This document shows positions 39,774 to 50,560 of a stretch of 64,000 nucleotides of DNA, piece after piece. The stretch comes from Podarcis erhardii (lineage: Eukaryota), in NCBI GenBank assembly GCA_964252035.1, contig OZ176212.1; one strand, given 5' to 3'. Each line of letters starts with the position of its first letter. Position 1 is the stretch's first letter. The position numbers and the translations under genes were made by a program. The notes under the pieces were generated by a model that saw nothing but the letters and a program-made list of their open reading frames with translations, had not been told where the DNA came from and ran no database searches.

Positions 39774-40510
39774 GACTCTATTGTTTTTTAAGCGATTTAG
39801 CAATTGCTGCAAAAAATAATAGAGAAGTTGCCTGTCTGATATATAAAGGTGAGGATTTGCAAACGTCAGGAGCCACCACACTAAAGAACCAATTTAACAT
39901 TGTGCAGAATGGACATCTTCATTGGTTGGTATCTGCAGGGGTTAGTGTGCATGCACACGAAAGCTCATACCAATGACTAACTTAGTTGGTGTCTAAGGTG
40001 CTACTGAAAGGATTTTTTCTATTTATTTATTTATTTATTTTTGTTTTGATTGCAGGAGTTAGGTTATGTCCTGCCTCCCCTGAATCTATCAACATAAGCC
40101 TACAGATCTGCATAAGAAGGCCTTAACTAAAAATCCACTATTGCAGCCTAATGTGTGCTTTCAGTCTACAACAGCACAAAATGTCATGAGAAAAACTGCA
40201 CTAGAAAAACTGTCTTCCTAGACATTGGTAAAGGAAAATATATTTTGTCTTGGAAGGAAGCTGACAAGCTCTCTGGGAGAAAGGCACAGGTGGGGGAAAT
40301 GAGGGAAGGGACTGTCTCAAAACTGTTATTTTGCATCAGAAAATATTAGTGTAACTCATTGCAGACTGGAATGTGGCCAATAAATTAAATCGTTGGACCA
40401 TTGATCATTTCTGATTTGTTGCCCTTTGCTGCCCCCTCTGGTTATTTGTCACAAAATGAAATGCAGTGAAGGGTTTTTGTCTGAGGTCTAGTGGGATCTC
40501 ACTCACTGTG

Positions 40511-40970
40511 TCTCTCGCACAGTAATAGACTGCTGTGTCTTCTGCTTTCAGGTTGTTCATTTGCAGATAGAAGTTTGAGCTGTCCGTTGAGGCTGTGAAT
40601 CGCCCTTGGATTGTAGGGGAATACTCCTGACTGCTCCAACCTTTATTATAACGAACAAGCCATTCCAATCCTTTTCCAGGTTTTTGTCGGACCCAACCCA
40701 TAGTGTAGCTGTTAACATTAAACCCAGTGACAGCACAGGCGAGTTTGTGAGATTCTCCAGGTTTCTTCAGTACTGGATCCGACTGAGTCAGAACAATTTG
40801 TGTGCGGGTGCCTGGAATAGGAAGGGAGGAAATATAGCTGAAATAGGAGAAGCAACATCCCCCAGTTATCACATGAAACTCACAATGAATAAATTAAGGA
40901 AGGGAAAAGATCTCAGCATACATGGGAAAAAAGCAGCCAATGCAGTGAGCGCTGGCAGTAAAGACAGCAT
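40511..40970 (-). CDS. IGHV: IGHV-type V segment V8 (apparently functional)
   Basis: Leader 40922-40970 and exon 40511-40811 are open (…[10 protein letters not shown]…[13 protein letters not shown]…YYCARD). RSS: CACAGTG 40504-40510, 23 bp, ACAAAAACC 40472-40480. Confidence 0.93.
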
Positions 40971-42035
40971 AGTGGTGGGATAGTCTGGATCAGAAAGAGG
41001 CGTAATGTGCTGTTGCAGGAAGTCTGGGTGATGTGTGAGGCTTTGAAGGTTTAAGGGGGACACTCCTTTTTTGAGGTTTTGCATAAATCAGTGATTATAA
41101 GAAGGGAGTATATTAATATGGAACCATATCTCATGCCTTTTCATCAAGTGTGTTTTTAAAACATCTATGCCAGGGATTATATAGAATGCTTATCGACAAA
41201 GGTATCAAACTCAATAGGTAACACAGAGAATCTACAAAATGATTTTAAAAAATTGAACAGTAGATATAGCAAAATAAATAAATACATTTATGTATCAGTC
41301 TGGTTCAAATGGAATAAAAATTGAGACTAGGTCCCTCCTTCCAGTAATGTTCTGACCTTGCTGTTTTTCCTAGAACAGCCATTTGGGGATCCTTATGCCT
41401 GACTTAGATGCTCCAGGCTCAGTTCAGCCAGCTGGATTCCTGCTGCACCTGGGCAGCTCTGGTAGGATGACATGTCTCCAGCTGAGTGGATTTGGGTGAT
41501 GCACTCCATTGTGACCCCATTCATCCAAGTGTCCTCTGCTCCAGGACAGCCAACTAAAAAGCACTGTAGGGGTTAGGTTATGTCCTACCTCTCCTCAATC
41601 AATCTACCTAGGCCTACAAATCTGCTCCAGAAGGCCTTAACAGAACATCCACAACCACAGCCTAATGAGTGGGCTTCAAACAGCACAAAAGATCATGAGA
41701 AAAACTACACTAGAAAAACTGCCTTCCTGGACATTGTTAAAGGAAAATATCTTTTGCCCTAGAAGGAAGCTGACAAGCTCTCTCAAAGAAAGGCACAGGT
41801 GGGGGAAATGTGGGGAGGGCACTGTCTCAGAGCTGTTCTTTTGTAGCAGACAAAATTAGAGCAACTCATTGCAGATTGGAGCCTGGTCAAAAAATGAAAT
41901 CTGTGGACCATCAGTCATTTCTGGTTTGTGGCTTTCTGATTTGTTGCCCTTTGCTGCCTCCTGTGCTTATTTCTCACAAAATGAAATGCAGTGAAGGGTT
42001 TTTGTCTGAGGTCTAGTGCGATCTCACTCACTGTG

Positions 42036-42491
42036 TCTCTCGCACAGTAATAGACAGCCGTGTCTTCTGCTTTCAGGTTGTTCATTTGCAGATAGAAGTT
42101 GGAGTTGTCCTTAGTGGCTATGAATCGCCCTTGGATTGTAGGGGAATAATAATCAGTGCTCCCAGGTTTGTGGTAGTGAACAAGCCATTCCAATCCTTTT
42201 CCAGGTTTTTGTCGAACCCAGCCCATATAGTAGCTGTTAACATCAAACCCAGTGACAGCACAGGTGAGTTTATGGGATTCTCCAGGTTTCTTCAGTATTG
42301 GATCCGACTGAGTCAGAACAATTTGTGTGAGGGTGCCTGGAATGGGAAGGCAGGGGGGAAAGCTGAAATAGGAAAAGCAACAGCCCAAAGTTATCACATG
42401 GAACTCACAATGAATTAAGGAAGGAAAAAGACCTCAACATACATGGGAAAGAGGTAGCCAAGGCAATGAGCACTGGCAGTAAAGACAACAT
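42036..42491 (-). CDS. IGHV: IGHV-type V segment V9 (apparently functional)
   Basis: Leader 42443-42491 and exon 42036-42336 are open. RSS: CACAGTG 42029-42035, 23 bp, ACAAAAACC 41997-42005. Confidence 0.93.
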
Positions 42492-43288
42492 AATGGCGGG
42501 ATAGTCTGGATCAGAAAGAGACTTAATGTGCCATTGCAGGAAGTCTGGGTGGGGTGTGAGACTTTTAAGCCTGAAGAGGGAGACTACTTTTTGCAGCTTT
42601 GCATAAATCAACGAATATAAGAGGGGAGGAACCAATATAATATGCAACCATATCTCTTGTCTTTTCATCAAGTGTGCATTTAAAGCATCTATACCACAGA
42701 TTACATAGACTGCTTGTAAACAAAGGTATAAAACTCGATGGGTAACATATGTAATCTACAAAATGATTTTTTTTTTAAAAAAAAAAAGAACAGTAGATTT
42801 TGTTTGTTGATGAAGGAGCAATGTCTTTAGCAGTTGCTGCCCAGATAACAGAGGAAATTCCTGTCTGATATATAATGGTGAGGAGTAGCAAAGGGCAGGA
42901 GCTGCCTCACTATGGGACCAATTTTGCATTGTGCAGAATGGACATCTTCATTGGTTGGTATCTGTAGGGGTTAGGTTATGTCCTATCCCCCCTCAATCAA
43001 CCTACCTAGGCCTACAAATCTGCATGTGAAGGCCTTAATAGAACATCCACAACTGCAGCCTAATGAGTGGATTCAGTTTCCAACAGCACAAAAGATCATC
43101 CGACAATATTAATCCACCTCACTGCAGACTGGAGTGTGGCCAATAAATTAAATTGGTGGACCATTGATCATTTCTGGTCTGTGGCTTTCTGGTTTGTTGC
43201 TCTTTGCTGCCCCCTGTGGTTATTTCTCACAAAATGAGATGCAGTGAAGGGTTTTTATGTGAGGTCTAGTGGGATCTCACTCAGTATG

Positions 43289-43722
43289 TCTCTTGAACAG
43301 TGATAGACTGCCGTGTCTTCTGCTTTCAGGTTGTTTATTTGCAGATAGATGTTGGAGCTGTCTGTTGAGGCTGTGAATTGCCCTTGGATTGTAGGCATAT
43401 AATATTGACTGCTCCAAGCTTTATTGTAATCAACGAGCCATTCCAATCCTTTCCCAGGTTTTTGCCGGACCCACTCCATAACAATTCTATTAACATCAAA
43501 TCCAGTAACAGCACAGGTGACCTCATGGGATTCTCCAGGTTTCTTCAATACTGGGTCCAACTGCGTCAGAACTATCTCTGTGAGGGCACCTGGAATTGGA
43601 AGTGAAAAATAGATGAGATAGAAAAAGCAACAGCCCACATGAAACCCACATTAAATGAAGGAAGGAATAAGATGTAGATGTAAAGTTCCACGCACAATGA
43701 GCACTGGCAATAAAGACGGCAT
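43289..43722 (-). pseudogene. IGHV: IGHV-type V segment V10 (pseudogene)
   Basis: V exon 43289-43589 is open, but the leader (43696-43722) has lost 22 nt, which changes the splice phase. Heptamer CATACTG, nonamer ATAAAAACC; FR3 ends YHCSRD. Confidence 0.88.
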
Positions 43723-43869
43723 AGTGATGCAGTGCTCTGGCTCCGAAAGGGACTTAATGTGCTGTTCCAGGAACTCTGTGTGAGAAGTGAGGCTTTAAAA
43801 GCTTAAGTAGGACACCCAATGTCTTGTAGCTTTGCATAAATCAGTGAGCATAAGAAGGGAAACTATTAA

Positions 43870-44358
43870 AGGGCAAAGGGCAACAAACCAGAAAGCCACA
43901 AACCAGAAATGATCAAAGGTCCACCAATTTAATTTATTGGCTACACTCCAGTCTTCAGCGAGGGGGATTAATATTGTCGGATGTAAAAGAGATGCTCTGA
44001 GACAGTGCCCTCCCCACATTTCCCCCACCTGCGCCTTTCCCTGAGAGAGCTTGTCAGCTTCCTTCCAAGACAAAAGATATTTTCCTTTAACAATGTCTAG
44101 GAAGGCAGTTTTTCTAGTATGGTATTTTTCATCATCTTTTGTGCTGTTGGAAACTGAACCCACTCATTAGGCTGCAGTTGTGGATGTTCTATTAAGGCCT
44201 TCACAAGCAGATTTGTAGGCCTAGGTAGGTTGATTGAGGGGGGATAGGACATAACCTAACCCCTACAGATACCAACCAATAAATATGTCCATTCTACACT
44301 ATGTTGAAATGGTCCTTTAGTGTGGCGGCTCCTGCCCTTTGCAACTCCTCACCATTAT
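43870..44358 (+). repeat. Inverted copy of the inter-V spacer (about 490 bp)
   Basis: Reverse complement of the spacer motifs found elsewhere (ataatggtgaggag...ggttaggttatgtcc...ttctggtttgtggctttctggtttgttgccc). Flanked by a direct duplication of the V promoter region (43775-43869 vs 44361-44453). Confidence 0.8.
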
Positions 44359-45051
44359 AAGTCTGTGTGAGAAGTGAGGCTTTCAAAGCTTAAGTAGGAC
44401 GCCCAATGCCTTGATTTGCATAAATCAGTGAGCATAAGAAAGGAAACTATTAATATGGAATCCAAATTCCACACATCCTGCCTTCTCATCAAGTGTGCAC
44501 TTAAAACATCTATGCCATAGATTCTATGCATGCACATTAACAAAATTTTCAAACCCAAATTGCTACGCATATTACATGATCCATGAAATCTTTGTATATG
44601 TTTTTAATGATAAAACAGTAGGGGATTTTAAGAAGAAAAAAGAAAACAATATATGTTTCAGACTAATCTGAATAAACTAATGATTCATCGTGGCCTAACT
44701 GCACTCTGGCTGCCAATTAGTTTCTGGGACCAATTCAAAGTGCTGGTGCTGATCTATAATGCCTCATGGCTTAGGACCTCAAGGCCTTAAGGACTACCTC
44801 TCCCATATGAACCAACTTAGTCCCTGTGCTAACAGAGCTGTCACAGAGCTGTTCTTTCGCATCTGACAATATTAGAGCAACTCACTGCAGACCGGAGCAT
44901 GGTCAAAAAATGAAATCGGTGGACCACCAGTCATTTCTGGTTTGTGACTTTCTGGTTTGTTGCCCTTTGCTGCCACCTCTGGTTATATTTCACAGGATGA
45001 AATGCAGCTAAGTGTTTTTGTCTGAGCTCTAGTGGGATCTCACTCACTGTG

Positions 45052-45511
45052 TGTCTCGCACAGTAATAGACTGCTGTGTCTTCTGCTTTCAGGTTGTTCA
45101 TTTGTAGATAAAAGTTTGAGCTGTCTGTTGAGGCTGTGACTCGCCCTTGGATTGAAGGGGAATATCTATAATCGTTCCCAGCTTTATAATAGAGAACAAG
45201 CCATTCCAGTCCTTTTCCTGGTTTTTGTCGGACCCAGGCCATATAGTAGCTGTTAACATTAAACCCAGTGACAGCACAGGTGAGTTTATTAGATTCTCCA
45301 GGTTTCTTCAGTACTGGATCTGACTGGGTCAAAACAATTTGGGTGAGGGTGCCTGGAATAGGAAGGAAGGGAAAATAGCTGAAATAGGAGAAGCAACAGC
45401 CCACAGTTATCACATGAAACTCAAAATGAATGAATTAAGGAAGGGAAAAGATCTCAACATACATGGGAAAGCAGCAACCAGTGCAATGAGCACTGGCAGT
45501 GAAGTCAGCAT
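45052..45511 (-). CDS. IGHV: IGHV-type V segment V11 (apparently functional)
   Basis: Leader 45463-45511 and exon 45052-45352 are open (…[22 protein letters not shown]…YYCARH). RSS: CACAGTG 45045-45051, 23 bp, ACAAAAACA 45013-45021. Confidence 0.9.
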
Positions 45512-46655
45512 AATGGTGGGATAGTCTGGATCAGAAAGAGGCGTAATGTGCTGTTGCAGGAAGTCCGGGTGGGGTGTGAGGCTTTGAAGGCTTAAGGGGG
45601 ACACTCCTTTTTGCAGCTTTGCATAAATCAGCGAATATAAGAAGGGGTTATATTATGATGGAATCATATCTCTGGCCTTTAAGTGTGCACTTAAAACATC
45701 TATGCCACAGATTCTAAAGAATGCGTACTAACCAACGTTTCAGACTAGAAGGGTAACACAGGTAATCTACAAAATGATTTTAAAAAAATGAACAGTAGAT
45801 ATTGCAAAATAAATAAATATATATATGTATCAGACTGGTTCGAATGGAATAAAAATTGAAACTAGGTTCCTCCTTCCAGTAATGTCCTTATCATGCAATT
45901 TTCCCTAGAAAAGCCATTTGTGAGATCCTTATGCCAGCCTTAGATGCTCCAGCCTCAGTTCAGCCAGCTGGATTCCTGCTGCACCTGGGCAGCTCTGGTA
46001 GGATGACATTTCTCCAGCTGATTGGATTTGGGTAATGCATTCCATTGCGACCCCATTCATCCAAGTGTCCTCTACTCCAGGACAGCCAGCTAAAAAGCAC
46101 TTCTATACACCTCCAATCAATCCATGTCCAATGTTCTTACCAGTTGGGATAAATGCCTCAATTTAGAATGTTTGATGAAGGAGTAATGTCTTTAGCAATT
46201 GCTGAAAAGACAGTAGAGAAGGTGTTTGTCTGATACAAAATGGTGAGGAGTTGCAAAGGGCAGGAGCTGCCCCACCATGGGACCAATTTTACATTGTGCA
46301 GAATGGACATCTTCATTGGTTGGTATCTGTAGGGGTTAGGTTATGTCCTACCTCCCCTCAATCAACCTACCTAGGCCTACAAATCTGCATGTGAAGGCCT
46401 TAATAGAACATCCACAACTGCAGCCTAATGAGTGGATTCAGTTTCCAACAGCACAAAAGATCATCCGACAATATTAATCCACCTCACTGCAGACTGGAGT
46501 GTGGCCAATAAATTAAATTGGTGGACCATTGATCATTTCTGGTCTGTGGCTTTCTGGTTTGTTGCTCTTTGCTGCCCCCTGTGGTTATTTCTCACAAAAT
46601 GAGATGCAGTGAAGGGTTTTTTTATGTGAGGTCTAGTGGGATCTCACTCAGTATG

Positions 46656-46957
46656 TCTCTTGGACAGTGATAGACTGCCGTGTCTTCTGCTTTCAGGTTG
46701 TTTATTTGCAGATAGATGTTGGAGCTGTCCGTTTGAGGCTGTGAATCGCCCTTGGATTGTAGGGGAATATCTATAATCGCTCCCAACTTTATAGTAGTGA
46801 ACAAGCCATTCCAATCCTTTTCCAGGTTTTTGTCGGAACCAGTCCATAGCGTAGCTGTTAACATTAAACCCAGTGACAGGACAGGAGAGTTTGTTAGATT
46901 CTCTAGGTTTCTTTAGAACTGGATCCGACTGGGTCAGAACAATTTGTGTACGGATGC
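46656..46957 (-). pseudogene. IGHV: IGHV-type V segment V12 (leaderless, frameshifted)
   Basis: 1-nt insertion after FTAS; heptamer CATACTG (46649-46655). Leader and octamer region are deleted, so the intron joins upstream DNA at about 47057. Confidence 0.88.
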
Positions 46958-47156
46958 CTGGAATAGGAACACAGGAAAAAGAGCTGAAATAGGAAAAGCA
47001 ACAGCCCACAGTTGTCACATGAAACTCACAATGAATGAAATAAGGAAGGGAAAAGACAGTGAATATAAGAGGGGAGGAGCCAATATAATATGGAACCATA
47101 TCTCTCGTCTTTTCGTCAAGTGTGCATTTAAAGCATCAATGCCACAGATTTCATAC

Positions 47157-47730
47157 AATGCTCATCAGAGATTATATTTTCTGAGAATCCTCCGGAAAAA
47201 ACAATCTCTCAAAGGATCTGTTGATGGCAATTTACCATTGCACTGTGGAGAGGGTACTAACTTATGATCTGTGTGTGTGGTTTGGGAGCTGCACGGCCAG
47301 GGAAAAAAGAATGCTATCCTGGGTTGTAAAGACTGCAGAGAGAATAATTGGGTGCACTCTTCCCATCTTAGATCAAATCTATGCTGCCAGGTGTCATAAG
47401 AAAGTGGGCAGAGATAGCGCAGGATAGTACACACCCCAGAAATGATCTCTTTCAGCTTCTGCCTTCTGGAAGAAGGTATAGGGTTATAAAGGCCAGGACT
47501 AGCCGCCTGAGAAACAGTTTGTATGCAAATGCAATTCTGATTCTAAATAAAATGGGGTTTTAGAGTTTTTAGGGGTTTTTAAATATTTTATGTAGTTTTG
47601 TAGTCGTTTTATGTAGTTTTGTAGTAGTTTTATGTAGTTTTGTAGTAGTTTTTCAATTTCATTGTTCCACATGGGACAATGACAATAAAGATATCATTAT
47701 CGTTATCATTATAGTTATCGTTATCATTAT
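47157..47730 (+). mobile_element. Rex1/Babar-like LINE 3' fragment
   Basis: AHQRLYFLRILRK, CTVERVLTY...CVWFGSC and HPRNDLFQLLPSGRRYR motifs across frameshifted ORFs; (atcatt/atcgtt)n tail. Confidence 0.75.
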
Positions 47731-47967
47731 CCACAAAGGTATCAAACTCGATGGGTAACATAGGTAATTTACAAAAAAATAAATAAATTAAGAACAGTAG
47801 ATTTTGTTAAATAATGAAAAAAAGAATATATGTATCAGACTGGTTCAAAAGGAATAAAGATTGAGACTAGTTCCTGCCTTCCCATCTTGTCCTGATCTTG
47901 CCATGTCCCCTAGAAGAGACATTTGGGGGTCCTTATACCAGCTATTGATCCTCCAGTCTCAGTTTAG

Positions 47968-48321
47968 CCCCTTGGATTGTAGAGTAGCAGTATTTGCTCC
48001 CAACACTATAGTAGTGAAGAGGCCATTCCAAGCTTTTCCCAGGTTTTTGCTGGACGCAGTCCATATAGTAGTGTTTAATATCAAATCCTATGACAGCACA
48101 GGTGGGATCCTTCAGGTTTCTTCAATACTAGATCCGACTCTATCAGTACAACCTGTGTGAGGGCACCTGGAATGGGAACAGGAAAGATGAGATAGAAAAG
48201 GCAAGAGCCTCTAATTATGACATGAAAAGCACATTGGGTGAGGGCAAGAATAAGATGTAAAGCCATACATACACAAGAATGAAGCCACTAGTGCAGTGAA
48301 CATTGGCAATAAAGACCACGT
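47968..48321 (-). pseudogene. IGHV: IGHV-type V segment V13 (degenerate, 3'-truncated)
   Basis: Leader 48273-48321 starts ACG. Exon from 48166 reads QVVLIESDLVLKKP, has a deletion in FR1 and ends at IQG. No RSS. Confidence 0.8.
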
Positions 48322-50560
48322 AATGATGTGATGGTCTGGCTCTTAAAGGGACTTAATGCGTCATTCCAGGCATTATGTGTGAAGTGAGAGGTGTGATCCT
48401 AAGGCCTGAAGCAAGAAGTCCAAGTTCTTGTGACTTTGCATATATCAGTGAGCATAAGAAGGGAGATTATTACTATTGGATCATTATCAACGATAAGTAA
48501 CATAACCTTTTTTTAAAAAAATATGGACAGTAGACAGTGGTTTTTAAAAGATAAAAAGAACAACAATATATGTATCTATCTATTCTAAGTTGCACTCATG
48601 AGACTGGGGTATAGAGAGTTCACCTGTCCCTTCAAAAGACCCATATGCTCTTGGGGTTGAACTTTTTTTAAAACAAAAACAAAACACACATTTCTGTCTT
48701 ATTGGAAACAACAGGAAATGAGTTGAGCTCCGCAGTTCCCAATCAGTAGCTGTTGTTGTCTGGAAGGTGTTAGGGGACTGGGAAGGTGTAGGATCCCTCA
48801 TCTCCATACCCTACAATGGAGGAGAAGGGGACTCTGACTTGGCATCAGCTTCTCTGAGGATGGAGAATCAACTTTCCCTTGGAGAGGAAGGTCTGATTAT
48901 TCCTAGGGGCCCTTGGGAACACAAAAATACAAAAGGGGGGGACCCACAACCTTGCAGAGAGTTATTCTTGTGTTGAAGTGAGTACAAATTCTATTAATCT
49001 TTGTCTTCAGTTAAAATAGCTCCTTAGGGGGCAATCCTGTGACAAAGGCTACTAGGGTTAACAAGTTAGGATCTGGTGGATCTTCAGAGATGTTAAGTTC
49101 TCAAATCCAGTTCAGATGAAGATATTCTGATTTAATTTTATCATCTCGTCTCAGCAGAAGCTGGCTGAGCTGCGACCAGTGTAAGTCCCCCAAAAGTGAC
49201 ATGGCAAGGATGTGACTGGACACGGGGGACTTAAGTAACTCTGCTCAGTCCAGTCACGTGAACTGGCAAAAGGGGTAGAACTGTCTCCAAGTACCACAAA
49301 TACTTCACGAGAGGAGATAGCACTCCCATTGTGACATTTCTGATAGTCCAGGCACAGACAGGCTGCCATTCTGCCTGCCAGGTAAAAAATTGGGGCAAGC
49401 AGACAGGGACTGGTGAAGGAGGGTGGGGACAAGCCAGGATGGCGATGTTGAGTAAAATGAGAGTACTGTAATATAAAAATTGAATTTTCAGAATGAAAAG
49501 TGACAAATGAAGATGGTAGACATAAAAAGTATAAAACAATTATTTAACAAATGATAAACCACATGCCACCACCCCAAAAAAAAATTGTGGGGGGAGATTA
49601 AGAAAGGAACAAAGAATCACCCCACCCACACAGAAAGAGGACCAAAAAATCTAATCAAAAGACCACCAGGATGACTGGTCCTTTCAAAGTGAGTGAGTCA
49701 ATCATTCTTTCATGGAGGAGAAAAATGCAGGAAAGTGGGATTGTCTGGCACCCTTGGAAATTAAATTTCCCAGATAATGTAGACAACTTGATGGAGCACT
49801 CAGTATAAGAACTAGATGGAACACTCAGAATAAGACAGCTTTCTATGTTCCCTCAATTCTGTCCTGTAGGAAAATCTCAGGGTCCGTCTTCTGTTGTATA
49901 TTTTGTGTGTCTGTGTAAAATGCAGTTCTCAAAATTCTTCACAGAGGTATATAATTGAAATATTTCTGAGTGGAAATATTCCATCCTTCTTTCTGTCTTC
50001 TCCTTTGGGTTGGGCTTAGCTGTCCTACTGGTGTTTTTTGGGTTGTTGTTTTTTGCTGTGATCACCTGAACCTCCATCCCAGTTACTGTTGCACTAACAA
50101 AACAAGTTGCGGGGTGGGGGTGGGGAGAGCAAAACACATGTCATCCCTTAGAAACCAAACTCCTCGCCAGGGGTAATTACCTCCTCTGTAATTATCTGGC
50201 TCACTGTCATTCATTTTCCTTGGCAAATCTCCACGAACTTTCTGGAAGGGAGTAGGAAAAACAACCTAGAAGTAGCTCAATAAATCCCACCAATTTTGTC
50301 ATTGAGAGGTGGGATTGAGGGCAAGAGGAAACCAGGATTCCACCAGTTTCATTCCACAGCCCTGTTATCACACGTACCATCTGATTTGATTTGTTTTGCA
50401 AGCGTATAGATATTAAGTTTAAAGGTGATATTCTTCTCTTCACCAATCACATTGGCAGAGTCAGCTATATCCTGATGTGCATTGTTTGACTAGGGTAGTG
50501 TCAGGAATAAGGCTGCAGATAGACACAGCAGCATCTTCATCTAGAGAAAATTGCTGTCAG

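Noticed and set aside
29702-45604. Repeated 60-160 aa ORFs such as MMKRQEIW...CMLRSF and ...LMLTDLCKATRHW as a novel small-protein family
   Set aside because: They are read-throughs of the conserved V promoter, leader and intron, so their similarity is explained by duplication of V units.
29311-48000. Germline RAG-mediated joins (pre-rearranged V genes or signal joints)
   Set aside because: None of the deletion breakpoints (V3, V4, V5, V13, 39.7-kb remnant) falls at the heptamer/coding border, and no heptamer-heptamer fusion or V-D-J join was seen.
49140-50000. Possible degenerate LTR or L1 fragments between V13 and V2R3
   Set aside because: Only weak resemblance, with no diagnostic motifs or boundaries.
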